Shown here one piece after another: positions 1-9,398 of a stretch of DNA of 64,000 bases (its first letter is position 1; every line of letters begins with the position of its first letter). The notes under the pieces were generated by a model. It was not told the origin of the DNA, did no database searches, and saw only the letters and a program-made list of their open reading frames with translations. This stretch comes from Kiritimatiellia bacterium (lineage in GTDB: Bacteria; Verrucomicrobiota; Kiritimatiellia; JAAZAB01): positions 1 to 64,000 of the forward strand of contig JAXGPF010000007.1 in assembly GCA_040767085.1 (NCBI GenBank). The letters run 5' to 3'. The translations under genes were made by a program, and so were the position numbers.

Positions 1-464
1 GAAATGCGCAGCCAGTCGGTGCCGTCTTTGTTGATGTCGAAGGTTTCGTTGGTTTTCCAACTCCCGGTGTCTTCCGGGCCGTCCCGCATGACGAAATTGC
101 CGTTACTATTAACATAGAACATAATGGCGGAACTCGTGTCAATCGCCGGATTGTTTGAGCCGTCATACACGCTGGGTCGGATATCCAGGTGAATCCAGAC
201 ATTGTCGTTGGTAATGCCTGTAAAACGGTTCGATAGTATGCAATCTACCGGGATTGCCGCCGCTTTAGTCTTTTTATTCTTTATGGACGACTGCACAACG
301 ATATTCGTGGCGGATGGATACCAACCATCAGTGCCCTCAGTAATTGAACCGTCTGCATACCCCTCAAAATCAAGTTCTTTTGGCAGACTGTTATTTTCCG
401 CGGTCCATGCAGCGCCGGCCATCAATCCCATTCCGAGCACTGCCGCAAACATTTTGCGAAACAT
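1..464 (-). CDS. Secreted protein, partial (runs off window); paralog of the N-terminus of the giant protein at 1354-8373
   Basis: Manual translation from ATG at 464 (AAGGAG RBS at ~472-477): MFRKMFAAVLGMGLMAGAAWTAENNSLP...GWYPSATNIVVQS...TKAAAIPVDCILSNRFTGITNDNVWIHLDI...SAIMFYVNSNGNFVMRDGPEDTGSW, collinear with the neighbour's N-terminal domain. Absent from the ORF track because no stop lies in the window. Confidence 0.9.
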   Translation of the reverse strand, partial: MFRKMFAAVLGMGLMAGAAWTAENNSLPKELDFEGYADGSITEGTDGWYPSATNIVVQSSIKNKKTKAAAIPVDCILSNRFTGITNDNVWIHLDIRPSVYDGSNNPAIDTSSAIMFYVNSNGNFVMRDGPEDTGSWKTNETFDINKDGTDWLRI

Positions 465-504
465 AACTTCACTCCTTATTGGGTTAAATAACTGCTTAAA
501 TACT

Positions 505-623
505 GAGTCTCTTTCAAAAGTCCTATCAAAAAGGTCGGGGTGTAACCCGACCCTCCAAAAACGGTTTTTTCCCCATTTTGGAGGGACGACTTCCACGTCG
601 TCCGAGACTTTTGAGATTGGCTC
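505..623. mobile_element. MITE-like element with 18-bp imperfect TIRs, 4-bp flanking direct repeat (TACT) and an internal inverted pair of GGAG-type REP-like palindromes
   Basis: GAGTCTCTTTCAAAAGTC...GACTTTTGAGATTGGCTC; TACT at 501-504 and 624-627; near-identical copy at 891-1010. Confidence 0.75.
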
Positions 624-649
624 TACTGATTGCATAAACGCTCACGATA

Positions 650-687
650 AAACAAAAAAAGCGCCGGCGGCAAAAGCCGCCCGGCGC
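650..687 (-). terminator. Intrinsic terminator-like hairpin in the leader of the 1-464 gene
   Basis: Minus strand GCGCCGGGCGGC-TTTT-GCCGCCGGCGC followed by TTTTTTTGTTTT. Confidence 0.7.
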
Positions 688-890
688 GTGGGGTCAGTGT
701 AAGAGGTGGTGCAGGAAAATTCCGGCGCTACGGCATGTTCGGCGCCGGTCTGCACGGCAGGCAACTTAAAACGGGATCCGATCTGCATTATTGCTTAAAT
801 TCCGAATCGGCTTAAAAAATTTTCAAACAAAAAGTTTTTTAACAACAATTTGTATTTAGTCAAGAAGAAAAATAATTTTTTTAAATTAAC

Positions 891-1010
891 GAGCCAATTT
901 TAAAAGTCCTGACAAAAAGGTCGGGGTGTAACCCGACCCTCCAAAAACGGATTGTTTTTTGATTTTGGAGGGACGACTTCCACGTCGTCCGGGACTTTTG
1001 AAACTGGTTT
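891..1010. mobile_element. Second copy of the MITE-like/REP-doublet element
   Basis: GAGCCAATTTTAAAAGTC...GACTTTTGAAACTGGTTT, with the same GGTCGGGGTGTAACCCGACCCTCC and GGAGGGACGACTTCCACGTCGTCC internal units. Confidence 0.75.
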
Positions 1011-1254
1011 AATTAATTGTTTTTATCCACAGATTACGCAGATTTGCGCAGATTAATTTACCGGAATACAGAAAACGGATTATTCTCACACCCTCCTTCG
1101 TCAAGGCTACGGCGGGAAAGCCAATGCCACCAAGCCGCCAAGAAAGAACAAACCGGAAAACATTTTTCCTTCAGCGCCGCAACCATCTCATCCTTCGTGA
1201 CTTTGTGTCTTTGTGAGATAATTTTCTTGCTTTTTTACCGCACTCCAAAACTCA

Positions 1255-1286
1255 GCAAAAGCGGCGTCGAGCCGCCGCACTCCAAA
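1255..1286. repeat. REP-like palindrome (also at ~8940-8968)
   Basis: AAAGCGGCGTCGAGCCGCCGCACTCCAAA, recurring with one mismatch at 8940. Confidence 0.65.
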
Positions 1287-1353
1287 GCAAAACACAGAGC
1301 CGGAAACGGCTACAGGCGGCCATGCCGTTAAGGCATGGCCGCCTGATTTCATT

Positions 1354-4300
1354 CTATAGTCCCATCTGCATGGCGCGGGCCGCGTAGCCCTCGCTGGAGA
1401 GCATGACCTGCCAGGCGCCCGTGCCGTCGGCCTTGCGAACCGCCAGGTCCGCCAGTCCGTCGCCATCGTAATCGCCCGGCGCAGCTTCCCATCCTTCGCC
1501 GCCAAACACCTGCGTCACCGGCGCGTAGCCGGCCTTCGACATCCAGACCGTCCACACGCCTGCCGCCGCATCGTATGTTCCGGGATCGGCCAGACTGTCA
1601 CCGTCATAGTCCGCGCAGGCAGGAGCCAGCGGGCTGCCGCTATTCTGGCGCAGCGCCTTCCGGGCCAGCGCATACTTCTGCGCCGAGAGCTTCACGCTTA
1701 CTTCGCCGGCGCCGTCCATCACGGCCGGATCCGCCAGACCGTCGCCATCGTAGTCCGCCGCCGCCGGCAGGCTCCCCACTCCGCCCAGGAACGCCGACAG
1801 ATCGGATTGCGCATACCCGGCGCCGGACAGCATCGCCGACCAGCTCCCAGTATCAGCTTCGTATACCGCCAGGTCGCCCAGGCCATCGCCGTCGTAATCC
1901 GCCGGCGCCGCCGCCCAGCCCAGACCGCCAAGCTGCTTCTCAGCCAGAGCATACCCAGACCCGGACAGCATAACTTGCCAGACGCCCGTGTTCTCGTCAT
2001 ACGTGCACGGATCCGCCAGGCCATCGCCATCGAAGTCCGTGCCAGCCGCCGCCTTCACCGGCAACGCTTCTTCTTCATCGTCTTCAGGATCAACAGGATC
2101 CGGATCAACGGGGTCTTCGGGATCAACCGGATCTGCCGGATCAACGGGATCTGCCGGATCAACAGGATCTTCCGGGTCCGGATCAACAGGATCTGCCGGA
2201 TCAACCGGGTCAGAGACTGCCGGTGTTATCGTCAACGAGTTAGCGCTAATGGTCGCCGACCGGCCATCCACGATGACATTGGCCTTCGTGCCCAGCGTCA
2301 GAGTGCCCTCCGCATCCGCGGGCACCTTCACGGTAATCTTCGCCGTAGCCGCCGCCGGTAACACCTGTGCCAGGCAGAGCGCCTCGCCGCGCTGCAATTC
2401 AGGCGCGCCATCGCCTTCAACATCCAGCACTTCCCACCCTTCCGGCAATTCCGGCAGCCAAGCCAGTCCGCCGACCTGGCCATTCGGAGCAAACATGGTG
2501 GCCGTCAAGGTTACGGTTTCGCCCGCGGTATAGGTATCAGGGCCGGTCAGGGCAACAATCGGCCTCAGCGCCAGATACTTGGCCGGGCCGGGACCATTGG
2601 TCGTGCTGGAATAACCGTCCGGCTCAGACTGATCAACAAAATATCCGCCGGTGCGCCAGTAATCCAACACCTTGTTCACTTCCGTAGCATCTAACTCCCA
2701 GTAACTTGTCTGGAAGTCGGCGCTATGCAAACCCTGGTTGGTATCGCCGGCGTAACTGGCCACCGTGGTGTACCCATCGCGGGTGGTAGACTTGGGCATG
2801 TACGCGCCTTCGCGCCAGTAAGCCAGGGCATAGCTCAACTCCTGCGCATCAATCCGGCGCGTCGGCGAGCGATAGTCGGAACTGTGATAACGGAAGACGG
2901 TCAGATTTGCCACAGGCATTGTGTTGGTCGTGTCGGAACCAACATAGCTGTATGCCACATCGCCGCCGATCACATTGGACACCGCCGCATTGCCTGGGAT
3001 ATCCACGCTGTAAGTAAAGACCACCGAGGTCCCGAACGGCCCGGTAAACACGATGTCCGACCCTATAATCGCAGGCGTATTATCGCCATCCACAGTGTTC
3101 AGGGTCCAGCCGGCGTCCGGGAATTCCGGCGTCCAGACCAGGTAATCGAAATCAAAGTTCGTGTTGATAATCGAATTGGTCACAATCATACCTTCAACGG
3201 CCGGGGACCGATATCCCGGGCTGGCTTGGGTAGTAATGGCGCCTTCCTTCAAAGTAACCGGATCGGATTGAACAGCCGTGTAACTCGGCACGCTGGTGAA
3301 TTCCAGGATGTAGTTCTCACCGATGTTGCCTGTCAAGGTTACATCGGTAAACGTAATAACACCGTCAACCGCAGTGACATCCACATCACCGCCCAACGAA
3401 CCGCCGGCGCCCGAGACGATCGCCACGGTCACCACGGTTGTATCATCGCTGGTCACCAGGTTGGTGTTGGCATCGTACACGCCAATCACCGGCTGGGTTT
3501 CAAGCGTCTGGCCATTAATCCCGCCGACGGGCTGGGTGATGACCATCAATTGGGTCGCCGCGCCGGGGGTGATGTCGAAGGCAGAACTGGTGACTGCATC
3601 AAGCGCGCCTTCATCATCCGCGCTCAACGTGTAACCCGTGCCAGTCTTGTTCAGACTCAAGTCGTCAAAGGTCGCCACGCCGCTGCTCACCGCCTGCGTC
3701 GCCGTCCCGCTCAGATCGCTGCCGCCGGGGTTGTTCGCAATCGTCATCACGATATTGCCGCTATAATCCGTCACAACGTTCGTGTTCGCGTCCAGCACCT
3801 GCACCGTCACCGCCGGCGCAATCGCCGCACCGGCTTGCGCGTTAGACGGCTGCACACCGAACGCCAGGTGATCCGCCGCGCCGGGGGTGATGTCGAAGGC
3901 AGAACTGGTGACTGCATCAAGCGCGCCTTCATCATCCGCGCTCAACGTGTAACCCGTGCCAGTCTTGTTCAGACTCAAGTCGGCAAAGGTCGCCACGCCG
4001 CTGCTCACCGCCTGCGTCGCCGTCCCGCTCAGATCGCTGCCGCCGGGGTTGTTCGCAATCGTCATCACGATATTGCCGCTATAATCCGTCACAACGTTCG
4101 TGTTCGCGTCCAGCACCTGCACCGTCACCGCCGGCGCAATCGCCGCACCGGCTTGCGCGTTAGACGGCTGCACACCGAACGCCAGGTGATCCGCCGCGCC
4201 GGGGGTGATGTCGAAGGCAGAACTGGTGACTGCATCAAGCGCGCCTTCATCATCCGCGCTCAACGTGTAACCCGTGCCAGTCTTGTTCAGACTCAAGTCG

Positions 4301-7300
4301 GCAAAGGTCGCCACGCCGCTGCTCACCGCCTGCGTCGCCGTCCCGCTCAGATCGCTGCCGCCGGGGTTGTTCGCAATCGTCATCACGATATTGCCGCTAT
4401 AATCCGTCACAACGTTCGTGTTCGCGTCCAGCACCTGCACCGTCACCGCCGGCGCAATCGCCGCACCGGCTTGCGCGTTAGACGGCTGCACACCGAACGC
4501 CAGGTGATCCGCCGCGCCGGGGGTGATGTCGAAGGCAGAACTGGTGACTGCATCAAGCGCGCCTTCATCATCCGCGCTCAACGTGTAACCCGTGCCAGTC
4601 TTGTTCAGACTCAAGTCGGCAAAGGTCGCCACGCCGCTGCTCACCGCCTGCGTCGCCGTCCCGCTCAGATCGCTGCCGCCGGGGTTGTTCGCAATCGTCA
4701 TCACGATATTGCCGCTATAATCCGTCACAACGTTCGTGTTCGCGTCCAGCACCTGCACCGTCACCGCCGGCGCAATCGCCGCACCGGCTTGCGCGTTAGA
4801 CGGCTGCACACCGAACGCCAGGTGATCCGCCGCGCCGGGGGTGATGTCGAAGGCAGAACTGGTGACTGCATCAAGCGCGCCTTCATCATCCGCGCTCAAC
4901 GTGTAACCCGTGCCAGTCTTGTTCAGACTCAAGTCGGCAAAGGTCGCCACGCCGCTGCTCACCGCCTGCGTCGCCGTCCCGCTCAGATCGCTGCCGCCGG
5001 GGTTGTTCGCAATCGTCATCACGATATTGCCGCTATAATCCGTCACAACGTTCGTGTTCGCGTCCAGCACCTGCACCGTCACCGCCGGCGCAATCGCCGC
5101 ACCGGCTTGCGCGTTAGACGGCTGCACACCGAACGCCAGGTGATCCGCCGCGCCGGGGGTGATGTCGAAGGCAGAACTGGTGACTGCATCAAGCGCGCCT
5201 TCATCATCCGCGCTCAACGTGTAACCCGTGCCAGTCTTGTTCAGACTCAAGTCGGCAAAGGTCGCCACGCCGCTGCTCACCGCCTGCGTCGCCGTCCCGC
5301 TCAGATCGCTGCCGCCGGGGTTGTTCGCAATCGTCATCACGATATTGCCGCTATAATCCGTCACAACGTTCGTGTTCGCGTCCAGCACCTGCACCGTCAC
5401 CGCCGGCGCAATCGCCGCACCGGCTTGCGCGTTAGACGGCTGCACACCGAACGCCAGGTGATCCGCCGCGCCGGGGGTGATGTCGAAGGCAGAACTGGTG
5501 ACTGCATCAAGCGCGCCTTCATCATCCGCGCTCAACGTGTAACCCGTGCCAGTCTTGTTCAGACTCAAGTCGGCAAAGGTCGCCACGCCGCTGCTCACCG
5601 CCTGCGTCGCCGTCCCGCTCAGATCGCTGCCGCCGGGGTTGTTCGCAATCGTCATCACGATATTGCCGCCATAATCCGTCACAACGTTCGTGTTCGCGTC
5701 CAGCACCTGCACCGTCACCGCCGGCGCAATCGCCGCACCGGCTTGCGCGTTAGACGGCTGCACACCGAACGCCAGGTGATCCGCCGCGCCGGGGGTGATG
5801 TCGAAGGCAGAACTGGTGACTGCATCAAGCGCGCCTTCATCATCCGCGCTCAACGTGTAACCCGTGCCAGTCTTGTTCAGACTCAAGTCGGCAAAGGTCG
5901 CCACGCCGCTGCTCACCGCCTGCGTCGCCGTCCCGCTCAGATCGCTGCCGCCGGGGTTGTTCGCAATCGTCATCACGATATTGCCGCTATAATCCGTCAC
6001 AACGTTCGTGTTCGCGTCCAGCACCTGCACCGTCACCGCCGGCGCAATCGCCGCACCGGCTTGCGCGTTAGACGGCTGCACACCGAACGCCAGGTGATCC
6101 GCCGCGCCGGGGGTGATGTCGAAGGCAGAACTGGTGACTGCATCAAGCGCGCCTTCATCATCCGCGCTCAACGTGTAACCCGTGCCAGTCTTGTTCAGAC
6201 TCAAGTCGGCAAAGGTCGCCACGCCGCTGCTCACCGCCTGCGTCGCCGTCCCGCTCAGATCGCTGCCGCCGGGGTTGTTCGCAATCGTCATCACGATATT
6301 GCCGACATAATCCGTCACAACGTTCGTGTTCGCGTCCAGCACCTGCACCGTCACCGCCGGCGCAATCGCCGCACCGGCTTGCGCGTTAGACGGCTGCACA
6401 CCGAACGCCAGGTGATCCGCCGCGCCGGGGGTGATGTCGAAGGCAGAACTGGTGACTGCATCAAGCGCGCCTTCATCATCCGCGCTCAACGTGTAACCCG
6501 TGCCAGTCTTGTTCAGACTCAAGTCGGCAAAGGTCGCCACGCCGCTGCTCACCGCCTGCGTCGCCGTCCCGCTCAGATCGCTGCCGCCGGGGTTGTTCGC
6601 AATCGTCATCACGATATTGCCGCTATAATCCGTCACAACGTTCGTGTTCGCGTCCAGCACCTGCACCGTCACCGCCGGCGCAATCGCCGCACCGGCTTGC
6701 GCGTTAGACGGCTGCACACCGAACGCCAGGTGATCCGCCGCGCCGGGAATCACCGTGATCAGGCCGGATTCGACGGATGTCAAGCCTGTATATTCAGCCA
6801 GAATGTTGCCTGTGCCAACCAGATGGCCCGTGAATATTGCCGAACCTCCAGTCTGGTCTTCCAGGTCCGCGTTCACGACACCGTCAGTCTCGTTGGTCAT
6901 CTTCCATGTCGCATCGGTCACCAGCGCGACGAAATTGCTGTCCGCCGTGCGGGCGATGGAGTAAACAGTGATGGAGGAGCCGGCCGCGACATTTTGCGCA
7001 GCTACGACATCACCACTGCCGTCGGCGGCAGTTTCCACACGAATCATCGTCGCCGGCTCGATTTCCAGCGGGTTGGGCTGGAGGGGGCCTTCCCACGCAT
7101 CGTCATTGACATCGAACCGGTAGCCGATCGTGGAATAAATTTCCTTGGTCCCGGACTCGGAGGCCGGAATGATGACGTCGTAAGTGAAGACGACAGGATT
7201 CTCTATTAACGGCAAAGTCGTGAATGTGAGTTGATTGCCTAATTCGTCAATAACCCATTCGGCTGCGGCGCCGGCATCATTGCAGGTGAAGCTGTTGGTG

Positions 7301-8373
7301 TCGATGGTCCAGCCGGTCGGCAACTGATTTGTCAAATAGAAGGCCGCCAAGGTTTGGCCAACAGGATATTCAAAGGTATTGGTAATAGTCAACGTCTGGG
7401 AAACCGCCTGGCCCGGCAGATAGCCCAGCGAGGAATGATCGGCGTCCACAATCGCCACCGTGGTGGTCGGATTGGCATCGCCGCTCATTTCAAACACGAT
7501 CGCCAGGTTGGTTACGGACTGAGTATTCAGGTAGGCAGCCAGGATCGTGTAGTCGTTGCCTGAAACCGTGTAATCGGTGCCAGCCGACAGCGGCGTGCCG
7601 TCAACGGTCAAATTGTCCACCGTATTGCCATTCGGGGTCACGGTGATGACCAGGTCGTCCGTATCGCCCAAAGTATGATTGGCCGAGGCCGGGGCAACTT
7701 CGGCATCGCTCGAAAAGGTCATATTCGAAACTGCGTCGGCATATTCGACGTAACTGGTGGTGCTGCCACTGTAAATGTCAAAGCCTGTAAAATTGGTGAT
7801 CGAATTGGTGATGAAATCAAGATTATTGGTGATTAATTCCAAACTCGTGGACAGGCTGTTGCTGGCGTACAAGTCCCATGTGTACTGGGTAAAATCTTCC
7901 TTGATGGTGATGCGGATCCATTCGGCGCCGTTGGTATTGATCGAAAAATTCTCACAGGTCAGCCAATTGCCGGTATCGGCCGGGCCGTCGCGCACGACGA
8001 AATTACCGTTGGAGTTGATATAGAACATGATGGCGGAGTTTGTATCCACCGCCGGAAAATTGGTGCCGTCATACAAACTCGGCAGGATATCCAGACTGAT
8101 CCAGACATTGGTGTCGGTAATGTCAGTAAACCGATTGGACAGGATACAGTCCACCGGAATGGCTGCAGCCTTGGTGGACTTGTTTACCACATCCGACTGC
8201 ACCACGATATTGGTGGAAGAAGGGTACCACCCGTTAGTGCCCTCTTCAATGGGCCCAAGCGGATAGTCCGAAAAATCAGCAGTGAATGGCAAATTGGTAT
8301 TGGGTCCGGCCCAAACTGCGCCAACCCCCAGAGCCGCCCCGACCGTCAGCGCTGCGATGATTTTGCGAAACAT
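1354..8373 (-). CDS. Giant secreted multidomain surface protein (~2339 aa): signal peptide, N-terminal beta-rich domain, X2-like module, 10 tandem Ig-like repeats, duplicated HSAD motif, DP linker, C-terminal FG-GAP/VCBS-like repeats
   Basis: Start reassigned to ATG 8373 (MFRKIIAALTVGAALGVGAVWA; AAGGAG RBS 8381-8386; matches the paralog start). DxDGDGxAD repeats at the C-terminus; acidic, Thr/Ala/Val-rich composition. Confidence 0.9.
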   Translation of the reverse strand: MFRKIIAALTVGAALGVGAVWAGPNTNLPFTADFSDYPLGPIEEGTNGWYPSSTNIVVQSDVVNKSTKAAAIPVDCILSNRFTDITDTNVWISLDILPSLYDGTNFPAVDTNSAIMFYINSNGNFVVRDGPADTGNWLTCENFSINTNGAEWIRITIKEDFTQYTWDLYASNSLSTSLELITNNLDFITNSITNFTGFDIYSGSTTSYVEYADAVSNMTFSSDAEVAPASANHTLGDTDDLVITVTPNGNTVDNLTVDGTPLSAGTDYTVSGNDYTILAAYLNTQSVTNLAIVFEMSGDANPTTTVAIVDADHSSLGYLPGQAVSQTLTITNTFEYPVGQTLAAFYLTNQLPTGWTIDTNSFTCNDAGAAAEWVIDELGNQLTFTTLPLIENPVVFTYDVIIPASESGTKEIYSTIGYRFDVNDDAWEGPLQPNPLEIEPATMIRVETAADGSGDVVAAQNVAAGSSITVYSIARTADSNFVALVTDATWKMTNETDGVVNADLEDQTGGSAIFTGHLVGTGNILAEYTGLTSVESGLITVIPGAADHLAFGVQPSNAQAGAAIAPAVTVQVLDANTNVVTDYSGNIVMTIANNPGGSDLSGTATQAVSSGVATFADLSLNKTGTGYTLSADDEGALDAVTSSAFDITPGAADHLAFGVQPSNAQAGAAIAPAVTVQVLDANTNVVTDYVGNIVMTIANNPGGSDLSGTATQAVSSGVATFADLSLNKTGTGYTLSADDEGALDAVTSSAFDITPGAADHLAFGVQPSNAQAGAAIAPAVTVQVLDANTNVVTDYSGNIVMTIANNPGGSDLSGTATQAVSSGVATFADLSLNKTGTGYTLSADDEGALDAVTSSAFDITPGAADHLAFGVQPSNAQAGAAIAPAVTVQVLDANTNVVTDYGGNIVMTIANNPGGSDLSGTATQAVSSGVATFADLSLNKTGTGYTLSADDEGALDAVTSSAFDITPGAADHLAFGVQPSNAQAGAAIAPAVTVQVLDANTNVVTDYSGNIVMTIANNPGGSDLSGTATQAVSSGVATFADLSLNKTGTGYTLSADDEGALDAVTSSAFDITPGAADHLAFGVQPSNAQAGAAIAPAVTVQVLDANTNVVTDYSGNIVMTIANNPGGSDLSGTATQAVSSGVATFADLSLNKTGTGYTLSADDEGALDAVTSSAFDITPGAADHLAFGVQPSNAQAGAAIAPAVTVQVLDANTNVVTDYSGNIVMTIANNPGGSDLSGTATQAVSSGVATFADLSLNKTGTGYTLSADDEGALDAVTSSAFDITPGAADHLAFGVQPSNAQAGAAIAPAVTVQVLDANTNVVTDYSGNIVMTIANNPGGSDLSGTATQAVSSGVATFADLSLNKTGTGYTLSADDEGALDAVTSSAFDITPGAADHLAFGVQPSNAQAGAAIAPAVTVQVLDANTNVVTDYSGNIVMTIANNPGGSDLSGTATQAVSSGVATFADLSLNKTGTGYTLSADDEGALDAVTSSAFDITPGAADHLAFGVQPSNAQAGAAIAPAVTVQVLDANTNVVTDYSGNIVMTIANNPGGSDLSGTATQAVSSGVATFDDLSLNKTGTGYTLSADDEGALDAVTSSAFDITPGAATQLMVITQPVGGINGQTLETQPVIGVYDANTNLVTSDDTTVVTVAIVSGAGGSLGGDVDVTAVDGVITFTDVTLTGNIGENYILEFTSVPSYTAVQSDPVTLKEGAITTQASPGYRSPAVEGMIVTNSIINTNFDFDYLVWTPEFPDAGWTLNTVDGDNTPAIIGSDIVFTGPFGTSVVFTYSVDIPGNAAVSNVIGGDVAYSYVGSDTTNTMPVANLTVFRYHSSDYRSPTRRIDAQELSYALAYWREGAYMPKSTTRDGYTTVASYAGDTNQGLHSADFQTSYWELDATEVNKVLDYWRTGGYFVDQSEPDGYSSTTNGPGPAKYLALRPIVALTGPDTYTAGETVTLTATMFAPNGQVGGLAWLPELPEGWEVLDVEGDGAPELQRGEALCLAQVLPAAATAKITVKVPADAEGTLTLGTKANVIVDGRSATISANSLTITPAVSDPVDPADPVDPDPEDPVDPADPVDPADPVDPEDPVDPDPVDPEDDEEEALPVKAAAGTDFDGDGLADPCTYDENTGVWQVMLSGSGYALAEKQLGGLGWAAAPADYDGDGLGDLAVYEADTGSWSAMLSGAGYAQSDLSAFLGGVGSLPAAADYDGDGLADPAVMDGAGEVSVKLSAQKYALARKALRQNSGSPLAPACADYDGDSLADPGTYDAAAGVWTVWMSKAGYAPVTQVFGGEGWEAAPGDYDGDGLADLAVRKADGTGAWQVMLSSEGYAARAMQMGL
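2070..2215 (-). repeat. Low-complexity Asp/Pro linker (DPVDPADPVDPEDP...EDDEEE)
   Basis: 9-bp periodic GGATC-containing repeats within the CDS. Confidence 0.85.
3565..6745 (-). repeat. Ten tandem 318-bp (106-aa) near-identical intragenic repeats
   Basis: GGGGGTGATGTCGAAGG recurs at 3565, 3883, 4201, 4519, 4837, 5155, 5473, 5791, 6109 and 6427. Confidence 0.97.
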
Positions 8374-8424
8374 GGCATCTCTCCTTTTGGGTTTTATAAA
8401 CCAATCAAAAAACCTAACCACAAC

Positions 8425-8468
8425 AAAAAAAGTCAAAAAAAACGCCGGCGGCGCGAGCCGCACGGCGT
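8425..8468 (-). terminator. Intrinsic terminator-like hairpin in the leader of the giant-protein gene
   Basis: Minus strand ACGCCGTGCGGC-TCGC-GCCGCCGGCGT followed by a T-run, GAC and a second T-run, ~55 nt upstream of the ATG. Confidence 0.7.
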
Positions 8469-9035
8469 ATCGGACGGGCAAAGCAGGTGTACGCAAACGT
8501 TGCCCGACAATGAACAAAATAGTCGGCGCTTGCTACCAAGCCGTTGGCACCCGGCAATGGGCTAATCATTTTCACATCCATTCAACAAAGATGTCCGAAA
8601 AATCACGCAATAAAACCAATTCCGTTATGCGCTGAAACATCCGTGCTTAGCTTGCTTTCAAGATAAGTGTTTTTTTAATCAATGCAAGCAAAAAAAATCA
8701 TTTTTTTCATTGTGTTTTTTAAAATCCTTGTTTGCAACACATTACGAACCAATTTAATTGTGATAATAATCAATATTATCTCTGATCGTTTATCGCTGTT
8801 TTCCAAAATGCTTTTTTTAAGCGGAATGTCGCGGTGCGCAATGCGTCGTGAATATCAGAATTTACCGGGAATTTGGAGTACAGTGATCACGATCGGACGG
8901 GGCAAGTTTGAAGCCGCTTGCTTCGGCCTGCTCTCCTGGAAAGCGGCGTCGAGCCGCCGCATTCCAAACGCGGGACCGGATTGCGCCATACCTGCTTCGT
9001 CTGACTACGCAGGGCACTGCTACAGGGAGAAATAT

Positions 9036-9398
9036 TTATTTTTCACCGCGTTCTTCAAAAAACAGCGTCTGGCTTGCGGCGGCATTGTCCGCCAGGCGGA
9101 CATCCCATTGCCGCCAGAGGTTGGTTTCCGATGTCGTAGCGGTGATTGTCCGCCAGGCAATGCCGGCGGGCGGCAGATCTTCGTCCAGCGTCCGTCCTTG
9201 CATGCGGGCGCCAAGCAACTGACTGACGGCGCAACGCAATAGCGGCTCCGAGCGCGCGCGGGTTTCCGCGCGCAGCACCAGTCCCTGCGCACCAAGAATG
9301 GCCCCGATCATCAATGCCGACACCGCCAGCGCCGCCAGGGTTTCAAGCAAGGTGAAGCCGGCGTTGCCGGTGCCTGACAATGGATGTATGTGTTTCAT
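9036..9398 (-). CDS. Prepilin-type N-terminal cleavage/methylation protein (minor pseudopilin, GspI-like)
   Basis: AG|FTLLETLAALAV class III signal; 120 aa; downstream of gspG. Confidence 0.8.
   Translation of the reverse strand: MKHIHPLSGTGNAGFTLLETLAALAVSALMIGAILGAQGLVLRAETRARSEPLLRCAVSQLLGARMQGRTLDEDLPPAGIAWRTITATTSETNLWRQWDVRLADNAAASQTLFFEERGEK

Noticed and set aside
3565-6745. Possible CRISPR array or DGR template/variable repeats
   Set aside because: The units are contiguous coding repeats without spacers; no cas or reverse transcriptase gene is present, and the variation is not adenine-restricted.
2725-7209. 1494-aa plus-strand ORF
   Set aside because: Antisense shadow of the repeat protein; Arg/His-rich, and one stop-free 318-bp unit repeated ten times explains its length.
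8374-8517. N-terminal extension of the giant ORF in the track
   Set aside because: It runs through the leader terminator; the RBS, signal peptide and paralog all support ATG 8373.
8682-9242. 186-aa plus-strand ORF
   Set aside because: Spans an AT-rich promoter region and a REP, and overlaps the pseudopilin antisense; no recognisable motifs.
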